From Candidatus Helarchaeota ASGARD archaeon Hel_GB_B (GTDB lineage Archaea; Asgardarchaeota; Lokiarchaeia; Helarchaeales; HEL-GB-B), in assembly GCA_005191425.1 (NCBI GenBank), contig SUPR01000012.1, forward strand, positions 1 to 32,000: a DNA stretch of 32,000 nucleotides, given 5' to 3'. Positions 10,005 through 19,488 of this stretch are shown here, piece after piece. Under the pieces are notes generated by a model. The model did not search any database and was not told the DNA's origin. It saw nothing but the letters and a program-made list of their open reading frames with translations. The position numbers were made by a program, and so were the translations under genes. Within the stretch, counting starts at the first letter, position 1. Each line of letters opens with the position of its first letter.

Positions 10005-10799
10005 TTGAAAATAATAGTATGTATAAAGCAAGTCCCTGAAACTAATAATATAGACTTTAATCCAAGTGATCTTACTATAAATCGATCACATGTAAACGGG
10101 ATTATTAATCCATTCGATTTAAATGCAATTGAAGAGGCTGTTAGAATAAAAGAAAAATTTGATGACGTTACAATTTCGGTTATTTCGATGGGGCCACCAT
10201 CTTTTGAAAAGACTTTAAAGGAAGCTCTTACTTATGGACTAGATTCAGCGTATCTTATCTCAGATAAATTATTTGCGGGTTCCGATACTTTTTCTACTGC
10301 ATACATCCTTGCAGAATCTATTAAGGCAATTGGTGATTTTGATTTAATTTTGTGCGGAAAGCATGCAATTGATGGGGAAACTGGACAGGTGGGTTCCGAA
10401 ATAGCAGAAAATTTAAAAATACCTCAAGCTACAAATGTTAAAAAGATTGAATTCCATGAAAATAAAAAAATTATTAAAGTAGAAAGTGATACTGAAAATG
10501 GATATAGGGTCTTAGAAGTAAAATTACCTGCATTAATTACTGTTAATAAAGAAATTAATGTCCCTAGAATTCCATCTTTTAAAGACGCAAGAAAAGCCTT
10601 GAAAATTCCAATAATTAAATGGGATCTTGGGAAATTAAAAAATATCGACAAAACGAAAATTGGACTGACAGGGTCTCCGACTAAAGTAGTTAATATTGAG
10701 AAATTTCAAAAGAAAAAAGATACAAAATTTATTTCAGGAACACCTAATGAAATTGTGAATGAATTATACCAAATTCTAAAAGATAAGCACGTAGTATAA
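10005..10799 (+). CDS. etfB: Electron transfer flavoprotein beta subunit
   Basis: Motifs MKIIVCIKQVP, INPFDLNAIEEA, MGPP, FAGSDT, CGKHAIDGETGQVG, EINVPRIP, GLTGSPT. TTG start with GTGA SD. Confidence 0.95.
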   Translation: MKIIVCIKQVPETNNIDFNPSDLTINRSHVNGIINPFDLNAIEEAVRIKEKFDDVTISVISMGPPSFEKTLKEALTYGLDSAYLISDKLFAGSDTFSTAYILAESIKAIGDFDLILCGKHAIDGETGQVGSEIAENLKIPQATNVKKIEFHENKKIIKVESDTENGYRVLEVKLPALITVNKEINVPRIPSFKDARKALKIPIIKWDLGKLKNIDKTKIGLTGSPTKVVNIEKFQKKKDTKFISGTPNEIVNELYQILKDKHVV

Positions 10800-10827
10800 G
10801 ATTATAATATCAATAAAGATTATTTTA

Positions 10828-11838
10828 ATGGATGATTTAACCATGAATTTAGAAGATTATAAAGGTATCTGGATATTTGTTGAATATACCGAAGATAAAA
10901 TCTCTGAACTAACTTTTGAATTATTAGGAATTGGACGTAGATTGGCAGATAAATTAAAAGTTGAATTATCATCTGTTATTTTAGGCCATAATATTAAATG
11001 CGACTTAAATTTACTATTTCACTATGGATCAGATAAGATTTATAAATTAGACAACAAGCACTTAGAAGTTTATAGGACTATACCATTTACCGATGCACTT
11101 GAATATCTTGTAAATAAATATAGACCAGAGGTTCTAATTCTTCCAGCCACAAGTATTGGGAAAGACCTGGCACCAAGACTTGCGTGCCGATTAGAAACTG
11201 GATTGTCAGCTGATTGTACTGAATTAGATATTGGGCCAGATGGAAATTTAATACAAAAAAAACCGTCCTATAGTGAAAATGATTATATAACAATTTTGAC
11301 GCCAAATCATCGACCCCAAATGATAACAATTCGTAGTAAAATTTTTACTCCTCAAACTCCAGACCCAAATAGAACAGGTAAGATAATTGAAGAACATCTT
11401 GAATTAAATGAATCAGAAAATTGGACTAAAATTTTAGAAATTATAGAAGAAGACCAAGAAGATGCAAATATACAAGAAGCTGAAATAATTGTATCAGTAG
11501 GAAGAGGAATTAAAAAACCTGAAAATTTAGGTCTAATTAAAAAATTAAGCTCTTGTATTAATGCCTCAATTGGGGCTTCAAGGTCAATTGTTGATTTGGG
11601 TTGGATCTCACATTACCATCAAGTAGGGTTGACGGGAAAAACGGTAAAACCAAAAATTTATATTGCATGCGGAATATCCGGTGCAGTACACCATATAATT
11701 GGTATGAAATCTTCAGATTTTATTATTGCAATTAATAAAGATCCTGAAGCCCCAATTTTCCAAGTCGCTGATATTGGGATTATAGGTGATTTATTTGAAA
11801 TCATCCCTATTCTAATTGATAAATTAACTATAAAATAA
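10828..11838 (+). CDS. etfA: Electron transfer flavoprotein alpha subunit
   Basis: Motifs GLSADCT, RPQMITIR, AEIIVSVGRG, GASRSIVDLGW, QVGLTGKTV, GISGAVHHIIGM, AINKDPEAPIF. Confidence 0.96.
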   Translation: MDDLTMNLEDYKGIWIFVEYTEDKISELTFELLGIGRRLADKLKVELSSVILGHNIKCDLNLLFHYGSDKIYKLDNKHLEVYRTIPFTDALEYLVNKYRPEVLILPATSIGKDLAPRLACRLETGLSADCTELDIGPDGNLIQKKPSYSENDYITILTPNHRPQMITIRSKIFTPQTPDPNRTGKIIEEHLELNESENWTKILEIIEEDQEDANIQEAEIIVSVGRGIKKPENLGLIKKLSSCINASIGASRSIVDLGWISHYHQVGLTGKTVKPKIYIACGISGAVHHIIGMKSSDFIIAINKDPEAPIFQVADIGIIGDLFEIIPILIDKLTIK

Positions 11839-11972
11839 ATTTACCATAAATTTTCCAAAAATTATTTTATGTTTTCTTTAACTGAATTCTAACAAACTTG
11901 GATTTTTAAAGATTTAATTATTAAAATTAATTGAAATTTATATCAATGAACCTAAATGGATAGGAGAGAAAT

Positions 11973-13745
11973 TTGATAAGTTTTTTTATAATTCCATTTA
12001 TTTGTTCAATTATTACATTTATAATTGGACATCAAATACTCAATAAAAATTCAAAATCATATTTAAATCGTTTCTACTTTATTTTTTCAGTCATTGTATC
12101 ATTTTGGGGTTTTAATGAGGGACTTTTATATATTGCACCAACATATACTATTGCATATGTTTGTTTAAAATTAGATTCCATTAGTTTTTTTGTGCTCCCC
12201 CTCCAATTAAGGTTCATTCTTTTATATACTCGTAATAAAAAGATCCTTAAAAATAAATTAATTTTTTCTATAATATATGCTCCAGTAATTGTTTTTTTTA
12301 TTATTAATTTGACCACACCATTAATCTCAGAAGGTCTTCAAATGGAAATTTGGGGATGGTCAAGTATAATTCCTGATAACCCGATTATTTACTATATTAC
12401 ATTAATTTGGGCACTATCAATTGAAGTTTGCATAATTTATATTTCGACCAAGTATTATATAAATAATATTGAGACTGTTAGAAAAAAACAGATGTTTCTC
12501 ATCCAATATGGATTTACAACTCCGATAATTATAAGTTTATGTTTACAAATAATATTTAATTTATTGAACATATCAATACCAAATTTATTAATAATTGGTG
12601 TATTAATCGGAGATATTTCAATTGCATTTGCAATTATTAAATATAAATTATTCTATAAACCAAAATATAAACTAGTTTTTGACAAACTTATCGAAGGAAT
12701 TGCTTTTTTTGAAATTCAATTTGATAAATTTAATAGACCTATTGACCTAATTTTTTTGGATGTTAACAAATCCTTTGAATCCTTTACAGGTTTAAATAAA
12801 AGAGATATACTTTTTAATAAATTTTCGGATGTTATACTGAAAAATAAATTTGTAAAGTTTTCATGGTTAAATGATATTTTTAATTATGCATTGGAATTTG
12901 AAAATGTCAGAATTGAGCGATTTTCGGATTTTGATGAACGTTGGTTTTTTATTTCGCTTTATATTTTTGGTAAAAAGTTTGCTGTAATTTTAATTGAAGA
13001 TATTACCCAGAAGAAAGTACTTTTAAATGAACTTTACAGGCAATATAACGAACTACAAGAGATTAATCAATCTAAAGATGAAATATATTCAGAAATTGTC
13101 CATGAATTTAGAACTCCATTAACCGTTATTAAAGGATTTACTGAATTAAACTTAAAAAATAATAGGCTGGAAAAATTCTTAATTAATGATTTAAAAATTA
13201 TTCAAAAGAATATATTAAGATTAGAGGAATCAGTAAATGAAATATTAGAATATTCTAAAGCATTAGAAGTGGAAATGAAACTTGATAAAAAAGCTTGCGA
13301 TATACGAGATATTGTAAAGGAAATAATAGACAGAATTTCACCTCTAATAAAAGAAAAAGATCTTAAAATTATCAAAAGTTTTGATGATAATACATTATTA
13401 AAAGTTGATAAATATCAAATAGAAAAAGTAATTAAAAATTTCTTGACCAACGCAATTAAATTTTCTAATCCAAATGGAAATATACAAATAAAATCTGTTG
13501 TTAATGATAATATTTGGCGGTTTTCAGTAAAAGATGAAGGAATTGGAATAAGTCAAGATGATATTTCAAAATTATTTACCCGATTCATTATGCTAGATAA
13601 TTCCAAATCAATAAATAAAAAAGGGATTGGAATTGGTTTGGCATTATCAAAAAGAATTATTGAAATGCACCAGGGCAAAATTTGGGTTGAATCTGAAGGG
13701 ATTAACAAAGGCTCAGAATTTATTTTCGAAATTCCACTTGAATAA
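11973..13745 (+). CDS. Membrane sensor histidine kinase (N-terminal 7TM, PAS, HisKA, HATPase_c)
   Basis: About seven hydrophobic helices, PAS-like FLDVNKSFESFTGL, H-box VHEFRTPL, N-box NFLTNAIKF, G boxes DEGIG and GIGIGLALSK. Confidence 0.93.
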   Translation: MISFFIIPFICSIITFIIGHQILNKNSKSYLNRFYFIFSVIVSFWGFNEGLLYIAPTYTIAYVCLKLDSISFFVLPLQLRFILLYTRNKKILKNKLIFSIIYAPVIVFFIINLTTPLISEGLQMEIWGWSSIIPDNPIIYYITLIWALSIEVCIIYISTKYYINNIETVRKKQMFLIQYGFTTPIIISLCLQIIFNLLNISIPNLLIIGVLIGDISIAFAIIKYKLFYKPKYKLVFDKLIEGIAFFEIQFDKFNRPIDLIFLDVNKSFESFTGLNKRDILFNKFSDVILKNKFVKFSWLNDIFNYALEFENVRIERFSDFDERWFFISLYIFGKKFAVILIEDITQKKVLLNELYRQYNELQEINQSKDEIYSEIVHEFRTPLTVIKGFTELNLKNNRLEKFLINDLKIIQKNILRLEESVNEILEYSKALEVEMKLDKKACDIRDIVKEIIDRISPLIKEKDLKIIKSFDDNTLLKVDKYQIEKVIKNFLTNAIKFSNPNGNIQIKSVVNDNIWRFSVKDEGIGISQDDISKLFTRFIMLDNSKSINKKGIGIGLALSKRIIEMHQGKIWVESEGINKGSEFIFEIPLE

Positions 13746-13969
13746 CAAAAATGTATATTAATATACAAAATTAAATTAAATAGTCTTATTTAACTTTTAA
13801 CAATAACCAAAATTTAAAGCTAATTAACCTAATATGCTTTTCTCATCATCTTAAATCATCAAAAAATGTCATATATAAATGGGGCAAATAAATAAAATTA
13901 TTTCTTCATTATTTTATTTATATGACGACCTCTTTAACTCTTTATATATTTGAATATCAGATAAATTAT

Positions 13970-14098
13970 ATGATCAAAATGTCGGCAATTAAATTTCAAA
14001 AGTTTTTACCAAAATGTAGTGGTTGTGGTAAAGAGCTTAGCTTACTAGAATGGCGTGAAAATTTATTATGCTATAAGTGTCGAAATAAAAAGAACTAA
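13970..14098 (+). CDS. 42-aa C4 zinc-finger microprotein (below ORF-track cutoff)
   Basis: MIKMSAIKFQKFLPKCSGCGKELSLLEWRENLLCYKCRNKKN*, with CxxC-x14-CxxC. TTTATATA box at 13941-13948. Confidence 0.7.
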   Translation: MIKMSAIKFQKFLPKCSGCGKELSLLEWRENLLCYKCRNKKN

Positions 14099-14291
14099 TT
14101 TTTAAATTTTAAATCATGCCAATTTAAATTAAGTGAAAAAAATTGAACACCAGAAAATTTAATAAATTTTGGTATAAAAGAAGGTTACTTATTTATCATA
14201 AATCTAAAAAAAAGCAATCTAAAAAACATTAGGTTCTACTTATGACATATCAAGAAAAAGTAATTTAATTAGTTAAATCGTAATAAATATA

Positions 14292-15008
14292 ATGCCTTTC
14301 TCAAAAAAAAGAATCTTGATAATCGGCGGCGGTAAAGTAGGATTAGATGCCCTTAATTTTTGTATAGAAAATGATATTATTCCTTTTATAATTGATAAGA
14401 ACCCAGACTGTCTTGTAAATTCTAAAGTAAAATTATTTAAAATTGAAGGAACTTTGGATTTTGAAAAGGAGAAATTCGATAAACCGTTATTTCTACAGAC
14501 AAAACTGGATAAAATCCCAAATTTATTACAAAAATACAAATTTGAATATATAATACCAGCTATTCCTGTTCATATAATGGCAAAATTAGGAATTATCTAC
14601 TTGGAAAACAAAAATATTAAGATTAAACCAGCTCCTGATTTAATAGAAATCATAAAAAATAAAATTCCCCCATTTTTAATCCATAGTTACGATAAAAAAA
14701 GCGGGATATTAATACTTAGTTTTATGCCAAAAGGTGAGTTTTGTATTCCAGGTTGTACAGAACATATTAAATGCCCAAAAACAGGCATTATAAAAGAAAA
14801 ACCATTATACCAAATATTGGAGGACTTAACTGTAAATTTTCAATCAATTATTTTAAGAAGTGAACAATTAAGTCCAAATCTTGGAGGAATATCAAAGCAC
14901 TCAATTAAAAAGTTTTTAGATTTTATTAATTCAATAGATACTGAATTTATTATAGGAACTGCATGTATGTGTCATGGGGTTGTGAATGCTTTTGAGATTA
15001 AAATATAA
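14292..15008 (+). CDS. Uncharacterised Rossmann-fold (NAD-binding) protein with Cys/His-rich C-terminal domain
   Basis: ILIIGGGKVG dinucleotide-binding motif; IIPAIPVH, CIPGCTEHIKCPKTG, RSEQLSPNLGG, GTACMCHGV. Confidence 0.65.
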   Translation: MPFSKKRILIIGGGKVGLDALNFCIENDIIPFIIDKNPDCLVNSKVKLFKIEGTLDFEKEKFDKPLFLQTKLDKIPNLLQKYKFEYIIPAIPVHIMAKLGIIYLENKNIKIKPAPDLIEIIKNKIPPFLIHSYDKKSGILILSFMPKGEFCIPGCTEHIKCPKTGIIKEKPLYQILEDLTVNFQSIILRSEQLSPNLGGISKHSIKKFLDFINSIDTEFIIGTACMCHGVVNAFEIKI

Positions 15009-15265
15009 AAAGGTAATTCAAAATTAATGAAAAAAATAGATAATTGTAAGATTTTTTGATAAATTTAAATGCTTATTTTAAAAATTTATTAATTTTTGTC
15101 CAAAATTGATATTAAATTTATCCTTTATACAAATATAATACTCCTAAATTAAAATTACTAGCAATTCCTTTTTTGGTCTAAAGTAAATTTTTCAATAAAA
15201 AGTTTTGTTATTAAAAAAATCTAAAAATTATATAAAGAAAAAATAGATATTAAAAGTGATTAATC

Positions 15266-16819
15266 TTGAAAAAAGGAAGAATATTTTTAGTTATGTTATT
15301 CTTAATTTTACCGACATTTCTTATTCCACAGGTATTTTCAGACAATTCTGACCAGCCAAACATAATTTGGAATATGAGTGCAATTTATTTCTCTAATACG
15401 CATACTGAAAATTGGAGTGATTCAGGTAGTGATAGTTGGGATTATACGATGGAACTAGAAATAAATGATACGAAATATTACGTTAAGGTTTATGAAATGT
15501 GCAATTGGACATTTTCTGCTGTACATAACGCATATATTACCATGCTTATGTGCGATTATGACCATTCTTTATTTCCAGCTATACCATTTTTGGGTAATAA
15601 TATGAACGTAGGAGGACCACCCGACCAAGAAACTGCAAGATTGTTGTCATTATATATGACTGGCGATGAAATTGACACTGAATTTTCAATTTATCAGAAT
15701 GATTGCATTAACACTTGGAATTGGTCGAGGACGGTTATGTGGTATGATGAAAATATGACACAAACTGAAAAACCAAATTTATCTAAATTTGAGTGGTATC
15801 AAGGTGAGTGGGAGGATGATTCAGAAAGTTTTAACTGGAGCTGGACAATTTTCGGTTGGGAGCTCATGCAACATGTACCTACTTTAGAGTCCACATCAAA
15901 TATGTTAGTTACTCAGGAAATTAATTGGAAAGATATTGGAATTTCACTTTATAACGATACAAATGGTAATAAATATCCAGATATTATATTGGACACAGTG
16001 ACCTGGGAAAATAATGAAACAGAGCCAATTTTAAATTCGAGTGAATTAAAATATATCTTTTTTGCTAGAGATGCAAATATTGATATTATAACACCTGTAG
16101 TTTATGGTAATTCAATAAATTTTGGTGCTATTTTTGACCTTAATGGTTCTTGGCTACAAATAGAGCGCGGTAGTGGACTATTATGGCAATGGTATCATGA
16201 TTATAATAGTACAATCAACGCAAATATCGAAAATTATAGTGTAACTTTTACTGCCACACTTACTCCAAATGCTTTGAAAATTAAACAGAACCTTGGAATA
16301 GAGAAGATTTCTGCTCTTCCAAAAGATGGGCTTTCTCTATCATTTTTACAAAGTTTTAGTGTTGCAGAATCAAGAATTACATATAATGCAGTTAATGAAG
16401 GTGGATCTAATAACCTCCAAGAAAATATTCAAGAATCAGACGAATGTGATAGTTTTCATATTGATTTTAATAGTGGAACTTCTACCAAGGTACAATTAGA
16501 TATCACAGGAGTAAATTATCAATTGGGAAATAATGAATATGAACTTATAGGAAGTCAACTTCCAATTGGCCAATTTACTGGAGTTTTTACTGGTTCTAAT
16601 ATAAATGTCGGAACTGATTCGGGTTCATTATATATTATTTCAATAGGATGTCCTATTTATGATAAAAATCTTCAATTGATTATAGACCCAAAATTAACCA
16701 CATCTTTTAGTGCCAGTTTTCCTGTTATTTATGTAATAATATTTGGTGTCCCAACAGCCCTATCAATTACAATAATCTTGGCGTATATATATATCAGAAA
16801 AAAGAGAAAACATAAATAA
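15266..16819 (+). CDS. Secreted, C-terminally membrane-anchored surface protein of unknown function
   Basis: Signal peptide MKKGRIFLVMLFLILPTFLIPQVFS; Trp/Asn/Thr-rich ectodomain with many NxS/T sequons; C-terminal TM helix followed by RKKRKHK. Confidence 0.85.
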   Translation: MKKGRIFLVMLFLILPTFLIPQVFSDNSDQPNIIWNMSAIYFSNTHTENWSDSGSDSWDYTMELEINDTKYYVKVYEMCNWTFSAVHNAYITMLMCDYDHSLFPAIPFLGNNMNVGGPPDQETARLLSLYMTGDEIDTEFSIYQNDCINTWNWSRTVMWYDENMTQTEKPNLSKFEWYQGEWEDDSESFNWSWTIFGWELMQHVPTLESTSNMLVTQEINWKDIGISLYNDTNGNKYPDIILDTVTWENNETEPILNSSELKYIFFARDANIDIITPVVYGNSINFGAIFDLNGSWLQIERGSGLLWQWYHDYNSTINANIENYSVTFTATLTPNALKIKQNLGIEKISALPKDGLSLSFLQSFSVAESRITYNAVNEGGSNNLQENIQESDECDSFHIDFNSGTSTKVQLDITGVNYQLGNNEYELIGSQLPIGQFTGVFTGSNINVGTDSGSLYIISIGCPIYDKNLQLIIDPKLTTSFSASFPVIYVIIFGVPTALSITIILAYIYIRKKRKHK

Positions 16820-16829
16820 ATGATATGAC

Positions 16830-16845
16830 TTTTTTTTATTTTTTT
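16830..16845 (+). terminator. Archaeal oligo-T terminator-like tract between convergent genes
   Basis: T8-A-T7 starting 11 nt after the stop of the surface-protein gene. Confidence 0.4.
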
Positions 16846-16852
16846 AAAAATT

Positions 16853-17404
16853 CTATATTAATAGCATAAACCACCATAAAGATTCTGATATACCATGTGA
16901 AATTATTAAGGGCCATGCTGTTTTAATTTTGTCTAAAATAACACACCTAATTATTCCAATTATGAAAGTCATTATCAATTTTAATGGTTCAAATCCATGA
17001 AATAGTGAATATGATATCGAAGTTATTATAATTGCTCTCCATTTTGAACCATATTCAAATTTTAATTCATTAAATAAATAAGCACGCCAAATTAACTCTT
17101 CCACAAATCCTACAGTTAATCCACATGTTATACCACCGATTAAAACAATACCTAAATAAAGTCCTGTTATTTGATAATAAGTTTTGAAAAATAAAGAAGT
17201 AGTAATGGCTATACCAATTATAATGAAAAAGAATATCAAACTATAAATTAATATTTCTTTTATAGATATTGATTCTTTTTTTAATATTAATTTTAATGGC
17301 ATCTGTTTCTTTTTTAAATTAAACCACAAGTATAAAAATAAAATCCAGTCTATAGATAAAGTTATTATTATTGTATATATTAATAACCAGATATTGAAAA
17401 TCAT
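16853..17404 (-). CDS. CPBP/CAAX (Abi) family intramembrane metalloprotease
   Basis: EELIWRAY (EExxxR), YSLFHG and IISHG motifs in a multi-TM protein. Confidence 0.9.
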   Translation of the reverse strand: MIFNIWLLIYTIIITLSIDWILFLYLWFNLKKKQMPLKLILKKESISIKEILIYSLIFFFIIIGIAITTSLFFKTYYQITGLYLGIVLIGGITCGLTVGFVEELIWRAYLFNELKFEYGSKWRAIIITSISYSLFHGFEPLKLIMTFIIGIIRCVILDKIKTAWPLIISHGISESLWWFMLLI

Positions 17405-17812
17405 TAAATTTGAAAAGTAATATGGATAAATTGCTGAAAATGCTATAAATATGACTAAATCATTTACAATTACTGAAATAATTAATTAAAATAAGTTTTT
17501 CCCTTTTTTCCATTGTAAAACCCTAAATTCATGATTTATTTTTTAAATTTTAAGTAAAATATTATCTACATTTACTAATATTTATTTATTATCCAGTTAA
17601 AAATTAAAATTGTCTTATTTAAAAATGGAAATGATATTAAAGGAGAAGATTTATGAAAAAGATTTTAGTAATTAAAAAACAAAAAAACTGTTAATTAGAG
17701 TTAATTATGGACTTAAATAGTACAAAAATGGACGTTAAAATTAAATAAATATAATATATATTGGCTTAAAAAGAAATAAAATTTCATTATTATTCTTAAA
17801 ATACCACAATTT

Positions 17813-18322
17813 TCACTTATTTTGCAATTTTTCAATTACGGATTTTGCAAAATTTTTTGCATTTTCGAAATCTTCATCATTTGGATGGCCTTTCGAGAGT
17901 TCTATTGCTGGTTCTAATTCTGGAGAAGATTGAAGTAATAATTTCACAACTTTAGGATTTTTATTCTCGCCAATACAATCGAATGCCCCAATTATTTGAG
18001 AGCCCGCCCGTTTTATTATTTTCTCAACTTTTTTAAAGGCTTTTCCATAATATCTTGGGTCATTATTAGCATGAGTAGAGAATAATACAAAATTCTTAGG
18101 AAATGAAGTAGTATTCTTTATTAAATTTACTGCCGATTTACCAATTCCTCCGGCATAAATCCCAGACCCCAGAAAAACTACATCATAATTTTTCAATTCA
18201 TTTGGGTCGACATCTTTTGCAGGTCTTACCGATACCTCAAAACTTTCAAGACCTTTTGCTATTGATTCCGCAATTTTCTCTGTATTTCCAGTTTTAGAAT
18301 GATAACATATTAAAATATTCAT
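17813..18322 (-). CDS. Flavodoxin family protein
   Basis: YHSKTGNTEKIA FMN-phosphate loop; FLGSGIYAG; GHPNDEDFENAKNFA. Confidence 0.9.
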   Translation of the reverse strand: MNILICYHSKTGNTEKIAESIAKGLESFEVSVRPAKDVDPNELKNYDVVFLGSGIYAGGIGKSAVNLIKNTTSFPKNFVLFSTHANNDPRYYGKAFKKVEKIIKRAGSQIIGAFDCIGENKNPKVVKLLLQSSPELEPAIELSKGHPNDEDFENAKNFAKSVIEKLQNK

Positions 18323-18680
18323 TTAAATAACCTTCTTAATTGCGTTCTTTTTGTTATAAAATTATTTGTCCATCTTTTTAAAAATATCCTCTATTTTCTA
18401 ACATAATTATACTGCAATATAAAACATCTATTGACAAATATTTAAGAGATAAAAGACAATAAATGAATAAATTTCGATTAAATGAATATATGAATTAATA
18501 ATTGAAGATATTATTGTTTAATCGAATAATATATTTGAATCATAATATTAACAGACCAAGGAATAAGTTCGAGACCTTTTTTAAAGGGTCAGTATATAAA
18601 AAAAATTTTTAAGTGAAATAAATTCTGACCCACTTTTTTAAGATATTTTTATATGATAGAAACTTCATAGTATTATCATT

Positions 18681-19349
18681 ATGGGCGATTTTGGTTATAA
18701 CACAATAATTTGGACAATAGCAATTGGAACTTTAATTATATTGGGAATTTTTTTTTTATTGAAAAATAAAAAGGACAAAATCAATGAACAAAAAGGTATG
18801 GATTTAGGGCTAGGATTTTTTTTTATATTTTATGCCATTTGCAGAATATCATTTATTATATCGGATTATGCAGAAAATATTTTACTAGACAATATATTAA
18901 TGGAATATATGTGGCGTTTAGCAACTTTATTTGGCTTAATGGGGCTTACAATAATGACATTTGTAATTGAATTTTATATTTTGGAAAAAAAGACTAAATT
19001 CATTTTTTCAATAATCGGAGTAATAACAATAATAATTTCAGTGGTCGGGGGCTCAGAGATTGGAAGAATTGCAATACTATATGGTCCAGTAGCAATGGGT
19101 TTCATTATAATCATTTTATATTCATATATTGCTATAAAATCAAGTGGGTATGTACGAAAAAGGTCTTTACAAGCATTAATAGGCATTTTATTATTTTATT
19201 CAGGAATTACAATTGATAGCAACATAATTTCAGGGTTTTTAAATTGGATGTTTGGGGTTGAAACTATGTTAATTCGTGCAATTGCGGCAGTAATTCTCAT
19301 TATTGGAGTGGTCATATTTGGGCTATCATATAAGAAGACCGAAGAGTAA
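18681..19349 (+). CDS. Multi-pass (about 7 TM) membrane protein of unknown function
   Basis: 222 aa of alternating hydrophobic helices with short charged loops; no catalytic motif recognised. Confidence 0.8.
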   Translation: MGDFGYNTIIWTIAIGTLIILGIFFLLKNKKDKINEQKGMDLGLGFFFIFYAICRISFIISDYAENILLDNILMEYMWRLATLFGLMGLTIMTFVIEFYILEKKTKFIFSIIGVITIIISVVGGSEIGRIAILYGPVAMGFIIIILYSYIAIKSSGYVRKRSLQALIGILLFYSGITIDSNIISGFLNWMFGVETMLIRAIAAVILIIGVVIFGLSYKKTEE

Positions 19350-19488
19350 AAATTAAATATTTATTTTAGTTAGACCACATTATTAATGATTTTTATTAAC
19401 TAACATTGATTTTCATTAAAATTTTCAAAAATAATAAGTAATTTAAAATCAGAAATAAAAAAACAAATTAGAAATGAGATGAGATTAA

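Noticed and set aside
14292-15008. Assignment as PylD, SirC/Met8 or TrkA
   Set aside because: Only the generic Rossmann motif is shared; the C-terminal motifs do not match what I know of those families.
16844-16855. TAG ending the CAAX protease as a readthrough site
   Set aside because: The protein is already complete and an in-frame TAA follows after two codons (TAG AAT TTT TAA), so it is uninformative.
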